Assembly (NCBI GenBank): GCA_965112735.1
Contig: OZ218959.1
Location: 2,232,001 to 2,296,000, forward strand
Source of the DNA: Phaeosaccion multiseriatum
Lineage: Eukaryota; Protista; Ochrophyta, other classes
Length of the DNA stretch: 64,000 nucleotides
Direction of reading: 5' to 3'
Part shown: in pieces, positions 34,542 through 47,003 of the stretch
How the letters are laid out: each line of letters begins with the position of its first letter
Position numbering within the stretch: the first letter of the stretch is position 1
Made by a program: the position numbers and the translations under genes
Notes under the pieces: model-generated
Told to the model about the DNA's origin: nothing
Databases searched by the model: none
The model's input: the letters and a program-made list of their open reading frames with translations, nothing else

Positions 34542-37500
34542 CGGGTGCGTGTGTGTATGTGTGTGTATGTGGGTATGGGTATGCGTATGTCTTTGAGTGT
34601 GTGTGCATTGGGGGGTGGGCGGGGGATGCTGAGATTATTAGGCCGTATACAGTTACAATGTCAATGATTGTCAATCCTTGTCCATCCTGACCACCCCTCC
34701 CTCCCTCCCTCCCTCCCTCCCTCCCTCCCTCCCTCCCTCCCTCCCTCCCTCCCTCCCTCCCTCCCTCCCTCCCTGCCTCCCTCCCTCCGTGAATAGATGG
34801 GGCTCTAACGGAGGGCACAGCGCCTCTGCTGTATCACCAACTGCTGCCCATGCTGCGACTTCTCCTGCTGCTGCTTCTTCGGCCGCTTCCGGTCCTGTTT
34901 CTTCTTCTCCGACGCCGGCCGCGGCTGCCCAGGGGATTGGAGGGGACGGCACACACCCCACTCTGACCAGCGCCATCTCCTCTGCCGATGGGAGCAACAA
35001 TAGTAACAATAACAGCAGCACAGAGAAGAGCGTCGGCCCCTGGGATAATCGCCCCGCTGCCAGCCCTGTGGGTAGCAGCAGAGGCAGTAGCAGTGGCGGC
35101 TGGGCGGAAGCAGTGGAAGCAGGGGAAGAGGTAATGGGGGGGGGCGAGCAGAGGGGAGGCTTCCTCGTGAGGCTGAGCGTGCCTTCCCTGCCATGCACGG
35201 GCTATCGTAGGTGAGCAGATCTTTGACTCACTCACTCACTGAGTCATTCACTGGCTCACTCACTCACTCACTCACTCACTCACTCACTCACTCACGTACT
35301 CACCCATTAACTCATTCATTTACTTGCTGACTCACTGACTCACTCACTCACTCACTCACTCATTCACTCACTCCATAACTCCCTCACTTACTCACACACT
35401 CACGAACTCACTCATTCATTCACTCACCCACTCACTCACTCACTCACTCACCCACTCACTCACTCACTCACCGACTGACTCACTCACTTATCTTATGACT
35501 CTCACCCGTCTCTCTCCTGTCCCAACTTCTGTAATGTGTACGCCCATCCACTACCATCCCCTGGCATCCCCAGGCTGAGTTGGCAGTTCTTCTTATCGCA
35601 GCTTCACACGCTGGAGCCAGACGCTAACGCTGGGGAGGTAAGGCTCGTGGAGCTCAACGTGAGGAAGGCCATCGCAGCCCTCCAACAAGAGCAGCAGTTG
35701 GTGATACAGCAACAAGAGCACTTGGTGATACAACGGCAGGCATCGATAGGGGGCGTCTCCTCCACCTCTACAGGGAGCGAAGGAGGTGGCGGCGGCGGCG
35801 GCGGCGGCGGAGGAGGAGACGGAGATGGCGGAGACATCGGAGGCGGAGGAGGCGGAGGAGGAGTGATTGCCCCGCCTACTCCTCCCCCACCGCCCTCGAA
35901 TATGCAGCGCATGTACAGAAAAGTGGCACAGGCCCTGCAGGACGCCCTCGGCTTGATGGCTGCGCAAGGCACTGCGCATGGTGGTGGTACGAGTACGGGT
36001 CCCAGTCCCATGTCGCCATCTGGGGGAGGAGGAGGAGGAGGTGCGGCGGAGCCGCCCGTGAGGAGGCCGTCCCTTGGTGATTCTGCAGTTCGTGATACAG
36101 CAGCAGCAGGCGAGGCCCGAGGGGTGAAGGCCTGCCGTGCGGCTGCTCTCAGTGTGTTGGAGCGTTTCGGAACGGGTCTTCACGTGACACAGGAGCTGCA
36201 GGGGGAGGAGGAGGAGGAGGAGGAGGAGAAGGAAGGGGAAGGCAGGGAGCAGGGGGAGGACAAGGGTGAACAACAGATGTGGCAGGCGACTCCGCCAACA
36301 CCTGCAGAGGCAGCAGCAGCATCAACTGCTACTGTTGCTGTGTCACCAACAGCTGCTGTTACTGCTGGAGCTGCATTAAGTCCGGTTTGCCTGCTGCTGT
36401 CCAACTCTGTGGCGGAGGCGGAGGGGGCCCAACGCGCCTACCAACTCACACTGGAGAAGAGGCGCAGCCAAGACGCGCTCAGGTGGGGTGCGGGTATTTG
36501 CTTTGTAGGCGGAGCGAGGGCTTAGGGTGTGTTCTATCTCGCTCTCGCTCTCGCTCTCTTCCTCTCTTCTCTCTACTCTCTACTCTCTCTGCCTCTCTCT
36601 CGCTCTCTTCCTCTCTTCTCTCTACTCTCTACTCCCTCTGCCTCTCTCTATCTTCTTCTCTTATCTCTACTCTCTCTGCCTCTCTCTCTCTCCCTCGTCT
36701 CTTTCTCTTCTCTCTCATCTCTCCCTCCTTTCTCTCCGTGTCCCTCTTTCGTCTCTTGCCGCTCTGTTTCAACACCCCTTGAATGCCGCCTGGGGTGTGC
36801 TGTGTGTACTCTCGCCCACAAACTCAACAACCTTGCATGTCCGATGCAACCCCTTTGCCCTTTGCAGAAAGAAGCAGCGCCGTCGTGCAGCGGCTGCTCT
36901 CAAGGCGGATGCCGAAGAAGAGGACGAGGACGAGGAGGAAGAAGACGACGATGTGTTGATGGGCGAGAGGGATAGGGGGGGAGAGGGAGGAGGAGGAGGA
37001 GGAGGAGGAGGAGGAGGAGGAGGAGGAGGAGACAACAACACCAATGGCTTCAGTTCGGATGAGCTCCCTCTACCTGAGTGGGCGCCCGAGGCTCTACGGC
37101 GGTGTGGTAGCGTGCTGTTCGCTCTGATGCAGTCCCCTCTAGCGCAGGCGTACTGCAATAGCCCACTGGACCCAGAGCTGCACGAGGCTTACTATGAAAC
37201 CGTCAAGCACCCTCTGGCACTGCGGGATGTGGCCATTTTGCTCAAGGAGGAGGTGGAGGCGTTGGCAGCAGCGGGACCAAAAGGAGTTACATCGACAACC
37301 GGGGGAAGTGGCATTGGTCCTAACAGCAGTAGTAGCAGCATCAGCAGCAGCAGCGGCAGCGGCAGCGGCAGCGGCATTGCGACCCCCTCCTCCCCCCCCC
37401 ACCCTCCCTTACCACAGGAGGTGGAGCACTCCTTCTCTCGCTGGAGGGGGGCGGTGACGAACTTCGTACAGCAGGTTCGCCTCGTGTTCGCCAATGTTGC

Positions 37501-38801
37501 GTGTTACGGAAGGCACGCGGGGTCTGGCGGCGGCGCCTGGACCACCAACACGACCACTTCCGCGGTCCAGCAGCCTACCCTCCCGCCTACGGAGGCCTCT
37601 GAGAAGCTGAGCGGGCTGTTTGAGAGGCTGCTGCTGGACTGGGTTGTCGACAAGGGCGCCGCTGCCGTGGATCGGCTTGACGATGACGTCTGTGCTGTGT
37701 GCAGGTGAGTGGGGTGGGTGGGGGTATGGGGGGGGGGGGTTGGGGGTTCAGTTCCGTGCAGTTCCTTTCCCTTCCACCCTCTCACCCACACTCACACCCA
37801 CCCACATCCACCCACACCTACCCACACCTACCCACACCTACCCACACCTACCCACACCTACCCACACCTACCCACACCTACCCACACCTACCCACACCTA
37901 CCCACACCTACCCACACCCACCCCCCTACAGATGTGGCGTGCATGCGGATGAGGAGCACAGCGTCGTCATCTTCTGTGATCGCTGCGACGCCAAGCAGCA
38001 CACACGCTGCGCGATGCTCGATCAGGTTTGTCCTCACCCCTTCCTTCCTTAACTGTCGTGCTAGTGTTAACATTTCCCTCGCGATGCTGGATCAGGTTTT
38101 TGTCCTCACCCCTTCCTTAACTGTCGTGCTGACCTTAACCCAAGTCTTGACATTTCCCTTAACCAGAGGCTTAAGGAACATTTACCCTCAACCTAAGCTG
38201 ACTCCGAGCCTTCACCCTAGCCTAACATTACCCTTAACCTGAGGCTGAACGTTACCCGCAACCTAAGCTGACCCTGAGCCTTAAAACCTTAACCCGAGCC
38301 TTAACCCGAACGTTGACCTTCACTTGAACCTCAACCGTAACCTACCACCCTGACCTAAAGGTACCCTTCGGAGAGTGGTACTGCAGAGCTTGTCTCAGCG
38401 GCCGCAGCCTCCGAGATATCGATCCCTTGGTGGGGGGCAGGCTTAGGCTAAAGGAGGATAGAGGCAGGGACAGGGACAGGGGCAGGGTCAGGCCGCGGGT
38501 GCCTTCTTCTGATGAGGGAGGGGACACCGCATCAGCAGTTGGTGATACAGCAGGAGGAGGAGGCTGGGTGTCGGGTAGTGGTTGTGGTGGTGATGGTGGT
38601 TGGTTGGGGGTGCTGGAAGATGTGCGGTGGAGCAAGGAGAACAGAGACTGGCGTTACACAGTGCGCTTGCAAGGCAAAGGAAGAGCCAAAGGTAGAGGGA
38701 AAGGCAGGGGCATGGGCTGGGAGGTGGCCCCAGGGATTCGGAGCGCCGGGGGGGGGGAGGAGAGAGCAGAGATCTCCGCGACAGAGCTCCACTCGAACGG
38801 C

Positions 38802-38840
<39 letters not shown>

Positions 38841-41800
38841 TATGTGTGTTATGCGTTGCGTGGTTGCGTACGTGTATGGGTGGGGTGGTTGCGGGTGTGC
38901 TTGGTCTTCCTTCGTGTGTGCCTTCTTCTGTCTAGACCTTTGACAAGTGAGTGGGTGCATGTATGCATGTCCTTTGGTAAAGCGTGGCGTCAATCCAATC
39001 GGGGAGGGTGTTTCAGGATGTGTGGTCTGTCCTCTTTTCAAGTTGGTCTGCTTTGCTTACGATGAACCGCAGGATACCGAGCGTTCACATCCACATCCGT
39101 GTGCCCATAGTTTTGGTGTGAGCATTGTTTGGTTTGAAACTTCAAAAGTGAGAGAACACTGACACCTGACACCCCGAAAACACTACACCTAAAACACTTA
39201 AAAAACCCAATACCCGAAACCGCAACACAACGCCCGCACTCACTGCTTCAGATACGAGGTGAGGCGGTGCCCTGCGAGGGAGACCTGGCCTACCCCCAAC
39301 GTCCCTCTGACCTCTGTCCCGGGCTACTCGGGCTACGGCCTGGGGGATGTAGGCATTCATCTCAACGACTCGGCGTTCGCAACGCTCTCCGCTGACTTAT
39401 GCCTGGACCCTGCCGTATCCATGCGGGCGGCAAGGTTGTTAGAGGCCAATCCGGACTTTGGGGTCCTGCTCAGGTGCGTTGTGTGTGTGCGTGCGTGCAT
39501 GTGCGTACGTGTGTGTATGTATGGGTGTGTGTGTATGGGTGCGTGTGTGTGTGTTTTTGTATGTACGTGTGTCTGAGTGTGTGAGCGTGCGTTTGTTTTT
39601 GTGTGTGAGTGTATGAGTTTGTGTGTGTGTGCGTGCATCCTGCGGACGTTTGGATGATTCGAAGTGTAAAGTTTGGGGATGGGGTCCTCTCTCGCTGATG
39701 CTTTTGAAACATGTCCATTCTGCCTAGTATTTTTTTGCTTTCCTGCTTTCTTTTGTGTCTCCGCTTATATTGCCATGCGCCTCTCCCTTTTCCCTCCCTC
39801 ATGCTTATCCCTCCCTCCCTCCCTCCCCCTCCCTCCCTCCCTCCCTCCCTCCCTCTCTCCCTCCCTCCCTCCCCCCCCCTCCCTCCCTCCCTCCCTCCCT
39901 CCCTCCCTCCCTCCCTCCCTCCCTCCATCCATCCATCCCCTCTCCCTCAGATCCGTCAAGGCTCTGGAGGACGGCCTACGCACCGGAGAGGAGTGGCTGG
40001 AGACCCTCTACTCGATGGCTCAGCTTGTGGGGCTGACGAGTGAGAGGGTGCAGCAGATCGTCTTGTTCAGGTGCGTGCGTGAGAGGGACTCCGCGCCGCA
40101 ATGCACACACACACACACACACACGCACATTCTCTTCCGTCTCTGTCTCTCTCCCTCACACACATCGTGTACAGAGACACATACACGCGCATCGTTTCTC
40201 AGCACGCACGCGCACACTGTGTCCCACTCACCTCCTCCTCCTCCTCCTCCTCCTCCTCCTCCTCCCCCTCCTCCCCACCCCCCTCTTCCCAACCCTTGCT
40301 TTGCCTTCGCCACAACCACTGCATGTACGATGCGGCATCTCTCGCAACCCTTGGTACGGCTGGATGGGCGTCTGACTTGACTTATTATCATCACCTTACC
40401 CACCCCGATTGTCAGAGACTCGTGGGCGATCGATCAGGCGAAGGAGGTGGCGGCAGGGCCCGAGTTTAGCAAAGTGGACCAGCTCACTCTACCCCCTTCG
40501 ATGGTGCTGCTTAGTGCGACGGATCAAGGGGAGGGGATGGATGGGAGCGGACTGGCGAAGGAGGAGGCGGAAGAGGAGAAAGAGGTGGGGGTGGAGGTGG
40601 ACGAGGAGGAGGACGATGAAGAGGCTATTAAAGGTGACGAGGAGCTCATGATGATAGCACAGGCAGGGGCTGCCAGCGGCTCGAGGTACTATGGATTTGA
40701 GAGGGATTGGGAGGAGGGGAGAGGAGGGGCAGGAGGTCGAGGAGGAGGAGGAGGAGGAGGAGGAGGAGGCGAGGAGGAATATGAGGAAGAGAGGGAGGAG
40801 TCAGGGGAAGGAGAGTACGATGGAGGAAGAGGAGGAGGAGGAGGAGGAGGGGAGGGAGAGGGGGAGTGGGACAGGAGTGACACAGGGTCCGTGGCGGCAT
40901 CGTCGGCGCGAGGGACTGAGGTCGGGCGGCGCAGCAGCGGCAGCGGTGGTGTGCGGAGAGCAGGAGGGTCTCCCAACACTACGACTCCCACGGGCACGGG
41001 ACCCTCTGCTGCCATCGGTAGGTCTGTGTCCATAGCAAGCAGTGGCGGTGCCAGTGTCGGTAGCTGCGCCAGCCCGACGGCCATGTTACGCCTGGCTGCA
41101 GAGTCCGAAGACGGAGTGGGAGGAGGAGCACGCGGGGGGGGAGGAGGGGCGGGAGGAGGGGCGGGAGGAGGAGGAGGAGGAGGAGGAGGAGGGGGGGGGG
41201 GGGCTGGATGGGGCCTACACCCGGTGGAGAGCAGCCAAGATGGCGAGGAGGAGTCACCGCGAGGGTAACCTCTTCTCGCGTATGTTTTACCTTGAGCTGA
41301 AGTCGGCCATTACACCCCCGGTGCTGAGCGGATTGGCGGACTATATTGCGAAGGATGGGTTGGCGAGCATACCCGAGGCCGCTGGTGTGGCGGTGCGGTT
41401 GGCGGCGGCGTCGGAGAAGAAGAAGACGACGAAGAGTACCACGGGCGAGAATGGCAAGAAGAAGGTGGTTAAGAAGAAGGGCAGCAAGATGAAAGAGGGT
41501 GGAGCCGCCTCGGAGGAGGAGGATGATGAGGACGAGGACGACGAGGAAGACGACGACGCGGAGGAGGAGGATACGGCAAAGGGTGGCATAGGCACGGGCA
41601 GAGAGAGCAGCAGCGAGCACGTGGACCCAGCCATATCTGCTGCCGTTACCGCAGCAGAGGAGGAGGCGGCGGCGACAGTGGCGTCGGGCGAGCGCGTGTG
41701 CGACTATTGCGGCTCCAGCGAGATTGAGCTTTGCAGCACTTTGGTGCAGGGGCAGACGTGGGACGAGTCGAGGGAGCTCCTCGCTAAGCTTGTCGTTGAC

Positions 41801-44800
41801 TCTGCGGGGCCCCTCTGTTGTCATCCTACTGCTGCTGGTGTATCATCAACTCGTGGTGTTGGCGCTGTTGCAGCGGGTGACGCAAGAGCACGTGAAGGCG
41901 CCTCCTCCTCCCCGTCTCCTTCAGTGAATGTGGTAACGCCGGTCCCACTTCGCCCGAGTGCCGCTGGTGGTAAAGGAGGAGCAGCAACAGGAGGAGGAGG
42001 AGGAGAAGGTTCTTGGAGTAGTAGAGCGGGCAAGGGCGAGAGCAACAACGACGGTGCCGGTGCCGCAGCAGGGGGAGGGGGGGGGGACGCCCGATGGAGC
42101 GGGACCATCCTTGCCGCATCTATGGTGTCCTCTCCGGCAGGGCAGGTGCAGCCCTTCGCTCGTCCTCAGCAGTTGGTGACACAGCAGGCCGTGCCTGGTA
42201 TCCGAACGCACAGGAGTGAGAGCGGGGCGGCCCGTGAGGAGGCCCGTCGACAGCGACTGAAGGCCATGACTCACAAATGGCTGGTGCAGGTGGGGCTGAC
42301 CAGCGACTACGAGGAGGGCACGGGTGCTGCTGCGGTCGCTGCGGCTGCCTGTGTGAGTGAAGCGGTGGACGCGGCGAACTGTGACACCACCAACTGTGTG
42401 TGGCGGCCCATTGATGCCGCTGTACGGGAGGAGGAGGAGAGGCTCAGCAGTGTTGGAGGAGGAGAGGGCGGACTTGCTGTGAGCGGCGGTCTCCGTCTCA
42501 CGTCCATGACGCCACCGGGCTATGATGCTGCTGCAACGACACCATTGGCAGGTGGTGGGTGGGCGGCACCGCACGCACCGGCTGCAGCAGGAGGGGGGAG
42601 GAGGGGGAGGCAGGAAGAGCAAAGGCGGGCGAGACGGAGAAGGAGACACCGCTGTATCTCCAACTGGAGCAGCTGCTGGTGGAGGTGGAGGTGGGGGGGT
42701 TGTGCATCCCCCAAAGATCGAAACGAGCTTGCCTGGCTTGGCTGGCACCAAGAGAGGGACGCTCTCCTTCTCGCCCGTGATACCCGCCGCCGGAGCAGCA
42801 GCAGCAGCAGCAGCAGCAGGTGCCTCGCCGCCGCCGGGGGTGGGGAGTGCTGGTGGTGGAACTCCCCGAGGAGGAGGAGGAGGAGGAGGAGGAGGAGGGA
42901 CTCCTCTGCCGATAGCGGCGCCCCCCGGAGCCTTGCTGATGCACGGCTCTCTGCAGGTGCACGAGTTTTGTGCAGAGGCCATGGCGACCCTTCGAGGCAC
43001 TCGCAGGACGCGTTTGCAGGCCAAGGCAAGGAAGGCTTTGCTCGAAGATGCGGCGATGCGAAAGGCAGGGGGCCGCAACAGGCCGCTGGGCAAGGATCGA
43101 CTCGGTCGCCTTTTTTGGCAGTTCACAGCGGACCCTAAGAAGCTGCTCATCCAGCCACCACCACCGCCCGGGGGGGGGGGTGATGGGATGATGGGTGTTA
43201 CGGGTGTTAAGGGTGAAGGTACCGACCTTGGTCATGTCGTAAGTCGGCAGCAGCAGCAGCCGGAGCAGCAGCAGTGGCAGTGCTTTGAGCACGTGGGCGA
43301 CTTGGCGGCAGTGTGCCTCGGGCTGAGCGCTCTCATTCCCCAGGAGAGAGCCCTGCAGTGCGCCATTCTTCGCTTCTTCCCTCAGGTAGGACCACCACTG
43401 AGTGTCAGCCTGTGCATTGCTTTGCTTTACTCTTTGCTTTTGCGTTTCGCTTTGCTCGACGTCTGACCACGAAACTTGTCTGTCTGCGCCCTGTCTGTCC
43501 ATCTGTCTCCACCATCCGTGACTCGGATGCCCGCCCACCCCTACTCCTCTGCTTCCATCTTTGTCCTCATCCCTGTCCTTCCCCGTATTGCGCTCCCTTT
43601 CGTGCCTTTCCTTGGCGGTGGTGCCTCCTCTCCCTTCCTTCTCCTCCTCCTCCTCCTCCTCCTCCTCCTCCTCCTCCTCCTCCCAGGTGCAAGCCCGGAT
43701 GCGCAGTGAGAACTTTACCGAATCTTTCGCACACCACGCCTTGCATCTCCCCTCACGAGCCCTCACAAGACGCAAGCAAGCGCTTCGAGCCCTGCAGATT
43801 CAACCCACACGCCCCCTTCCACTGCCACTAGCGGCAGCGCGAACAAACAGTAGCAGCAGCCGGGGATCGAACTCACGCTCGGGTACGCCTTCGCCGCGAC
43901 GGCGTGATGGTGGTGGTGGTGGCGCGGCATCGGCTGGAGCTGTCAGCCCTGAGCAGGCCTCTGTTGGGGTGTCGACGGCTGACACCACTGAAGCTGTGGC
44001 GAAGGCCGTGTTGCTCTTGTCCAAGACCGACAATGGAGATGGAAACGTGGCAGGAGAAGAAGGACATGGGCAAGCAGGCCAAGGAGACCAAGGGCAAGTA
44101 ACGGAAGCAGTTGGTGATACAGAACGAGCAGCAGCAGCAGCAGCGGAAGGCCCCTTCAAGAAGGGTGACATGGTGGTTGTTCGGAGAGGTCTGGGTCTGG
44201 CGTACTCTGCCGAAGTGTTGGAAGTCGATGGAGATACGGCGGCGGCGGGTGGAGTTTGCCGTTACAAAGTGCACTTTGCAGGGTGGGGCAGGGCCTACGA
44301 CTGCTGGGTGGCAAAGACCCAAGTCATCGGTCTTTGCTCTTCCCCCGGAGTCGCAGCTGCCCAGTCTGAGCTCAATGCTCTTTGGACGGAGGAGCAGCTG
44401 AGGAGAGGAAAGGTGAGGGAGGTCCTTCCTTGCTTCCTTCCTTCCTTCCTTCCATCCTTCCTTCCTTGCTTCCTTCCACCCTTCCTTCCTTCCACCCTTC
44501 CTTCCTTCCACCCTTCCTTCCTTCCTTCCTTCCTTCCTTCCTTCCTTCCTTCCTTCCCTCCTTCCTTCCTTCCTTCCTTCCTTCCTCCCCCCCTTCCTTC
44601 CTTCCTTCCTTCCTTCCCTCCTTCCTTGCTTCCTTCCTTCCTTCCTTCCTTCCTTCCTTCCTTCCTTCCTTCCTTCCTTCCTTCCTTCCTTCCTTCCTTC
44701 CTTCCTTCCATTCCTTCCTTCATTCCTTCCCTCCTTGCTTCCTTCCAAGGCCGTCGGGGCCCAGATGGATGGGCGGAAAAGGGAGCGTTGCCGTCTATTT

Positions 44801-46488
44801 CTCGTCTTTCTGTCTGTTTCCCGAACGCCTTCCTGCTCTCGGCGCTCTATTCGTCTCGCCCCCCTCCCTGTGGGCCCCCATCTACGGACGGAACCCCTCA
44901 CCTGTGCATCCCCCTACCCACCCACGCCTCCCACCCACTCACCACTCTCCCACCCACGCCTCCCACCCGCTCCTCCCACTCATACCTCCCAACCCACCCC
45001 ACCCACCCACCCACCCACCCACCCCCTAGCTGGAGTCTCCTAGCCTCCTGCCCTGGCTGCGAGCGAGCGCCTCGATGGACAAGGAGGGCCGTGCCCGAGG
45101 CTCCCGGCCGCACCCCGTGTTTGTGGTGGAGGAGGTGCTGGCCGACGTCGCTCTGGCGGCTCGGGCGGGACTGCTGTCGCTGGAGGCGGCCCTTCCCCAG
45201 GGGGCCCTTGTGTACGGACAGACGAGATGGAGCCCTGACATGACGCAAGTGTGGCTCAAGCAGGTGGGTGGGGGGCTCGTATATATATATATGTGTGTAT
45301 GTGTGTGTGTGTGTGCTTGTGGGTGTGTATATATGTTTTTGGTGAGTGTGCGTGTGTGTGTTTGTGTGGCTGTGTGCATATTTTGTGTGTGTGTACGTCT
45401 TATCTTTGTGGGTGTGCGTGTGTGCAGTAGCGTGTGTGCCGCCCAACCAACCAACCAACCAACCAACCAACCAACCAACCACCCAAACCCAACCAAACCA
45501 AACCAACCAACCAACAGGTGTACAACGCGGACTCTGCTCTCTCTCTGATGGAGGCGTGCGTGTTGCTCGAATCGTGTATCAACCCCCAGTGGCTCCGGTC
45601 AAGAGCCAAGGCCTTTACCCAAACCGTGCTGCCCGGGTACTGCCACGCCCTCCGCAATGCGTCCTACAACGCCGTGTGTTTCCGAGTGTGGGTGTTGGAT
45701 CGCACCCTACAGTACGATCGTGTCTCCTCCGTCAACAAGAGCCACAAGAAGAGAGGGGAGGGAGGAGGAGGCATGAACAGCACCGAACGCAAGAGCCACA
45801 AAAAGAGGACCTACCCCAAGACCAAGACTTTCTACAGCGCCGCCGCCTCGTCCTCGTCTTCGCCTCGTCCTCCTCCTCCCCCTCCTTCTTGTTCACCTCC
45901 TCCGCCTCTTTCTGCTGCTACTGCTGCTGCTGGGGCTGGCGCCGGCATGGTGGCTACTGCTACTGCAGGTGGAGCGGCAAAGTGAGTGTTGTAGAAGTGA
46001 CGGAGCATGCATGGCCTATCAGTCAGTCCGTTTGTTCGCTCGTTCGTTCAGGAAAGGGAGAGGAGGGGAGGGGAGAGGCGAAGGCTCGTCTTCAACCAAA
46101 GCCATCCATTCATTCATTCTATCATCTAGTAGCTCGTTCCTTCTTTCCTTCGTGATGCGCGTCTGCCCAAGTTGGTTATACAGCCCCTCACTGCGCTGCT
46201 GTGGTTGCGCGTTGTTATGTGGAGTGACAAGGTAGTGCCTTTCCTTTTCCTTTTTGATGTTTGCATGCGTTGTGTCCCCTGTCTCCAGTCTGTCTCCTTT
46301 CGCCAGCTTATCGCCCCTTCTCGCTTCTCTGGACCTTTCTGTCTCCCGCATTCCTCCTTTCGCCCCCTCGTCTGTTTGCTGCTCATCGCATTTGCGTAAT
46401 GTCTATTCGAACAGGGGCCGAGGTTCACCCGCCCTCCCTGCAGGCCGCAAGCTCACCAAGACCAAGTGCAAGACCAAGAAGACGTAAA
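27327..46488 (+). CDS. Giant multidomain chromatin reader, MBD9/BAZ-like (FYRN-FYRC, DDT, bromodomain, PHD, WHIM/WSD, Tudor-knot/chromobarrel), ~25 exons
   Basis: FYRN (LGTVLLISLG; HLYPVGFKCSR), FYRC (FQIDVEG..FLGTNLAQVWADVL; AVERMIEGLDGVELCQRY), DDT (LLQLWDFVHTFQEAL), bromodomain (CGSVLFALM..YYETVKHPLAL..VRLVFANVACY), PHD (CAVC..IFCDRCDAKQHTRC..VPFGEWYCRAC), WHIM2 (PLGKDRLGRLFW), Tudor-knot (YSAEVL..YKVHFAGWGRAYDCWV), MBD9-like C-terminus (LLSLEAALPQGAL..LLESCINPQWL..RVWVLDRTLQY). Two apparent 1-nt frameshifts in G-runs (~41200, ~42595). Last exon 46444-46488 is tentative. Confidence 0.85.
29505..29975. repeat. Intronic minisatellite, ~40-45 bp unit (CCCCTCCCCTCCCCCTCATCCCATCCACTGCCATCCCA) x~10
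   Basis: Repeated CATCCACTGCCATCCC core up to the 3' splice site at 29980. Confidence 0.9.
37810..37920. repeat. 10-bp intronic minisatellite (CCCACACCTA) x~11
   Basis: Perfect tandem units inside the intron splitting the PHD finger. Confidence 0.95.
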
Positions 46489-46568
46489 GAGAGCGAGCGA
46501 AGGGCAGAGAAGGCTTTTGGAGACATGCGATAGCCAAAGTGAAAGGAAAAAGAGGGAAAGTAAAGAAA

Positions 46569-46622
<54 letters not shown>

Positions 46623-47003
46623 GGACGGAAGGGAAGCAAATACATACAAACACACACACATATATGTATATAATATATAATATATGTGTTTAGTAGTAAT
46701 CCCCATTCTTCCAAAACTCAAGCCGTGGAGCAGGAGACGCCATCCACCCCACCCCACACGTGTCCAGCAGCCTCACACAGCACCACCGAGACCATCAAAG
46801 AGAGCAAAGTCTTCTTTCGTAAAGAATGGTTTCAGTATATTGTATACAGGTTTAAAAAGGTGTGTGCAGGGCAGGTCTCGACCAGGCGACTGCTCCGGCA
46901 ACTGCTCCACCCCGACTATCTATTCTACAATTGTCTGTACAAATTTTGTGAGTTACCCTTTCCCCTCCAAATTCTTTCCTGGCCGAGGGGAACGCTGTCT
47001 TCC

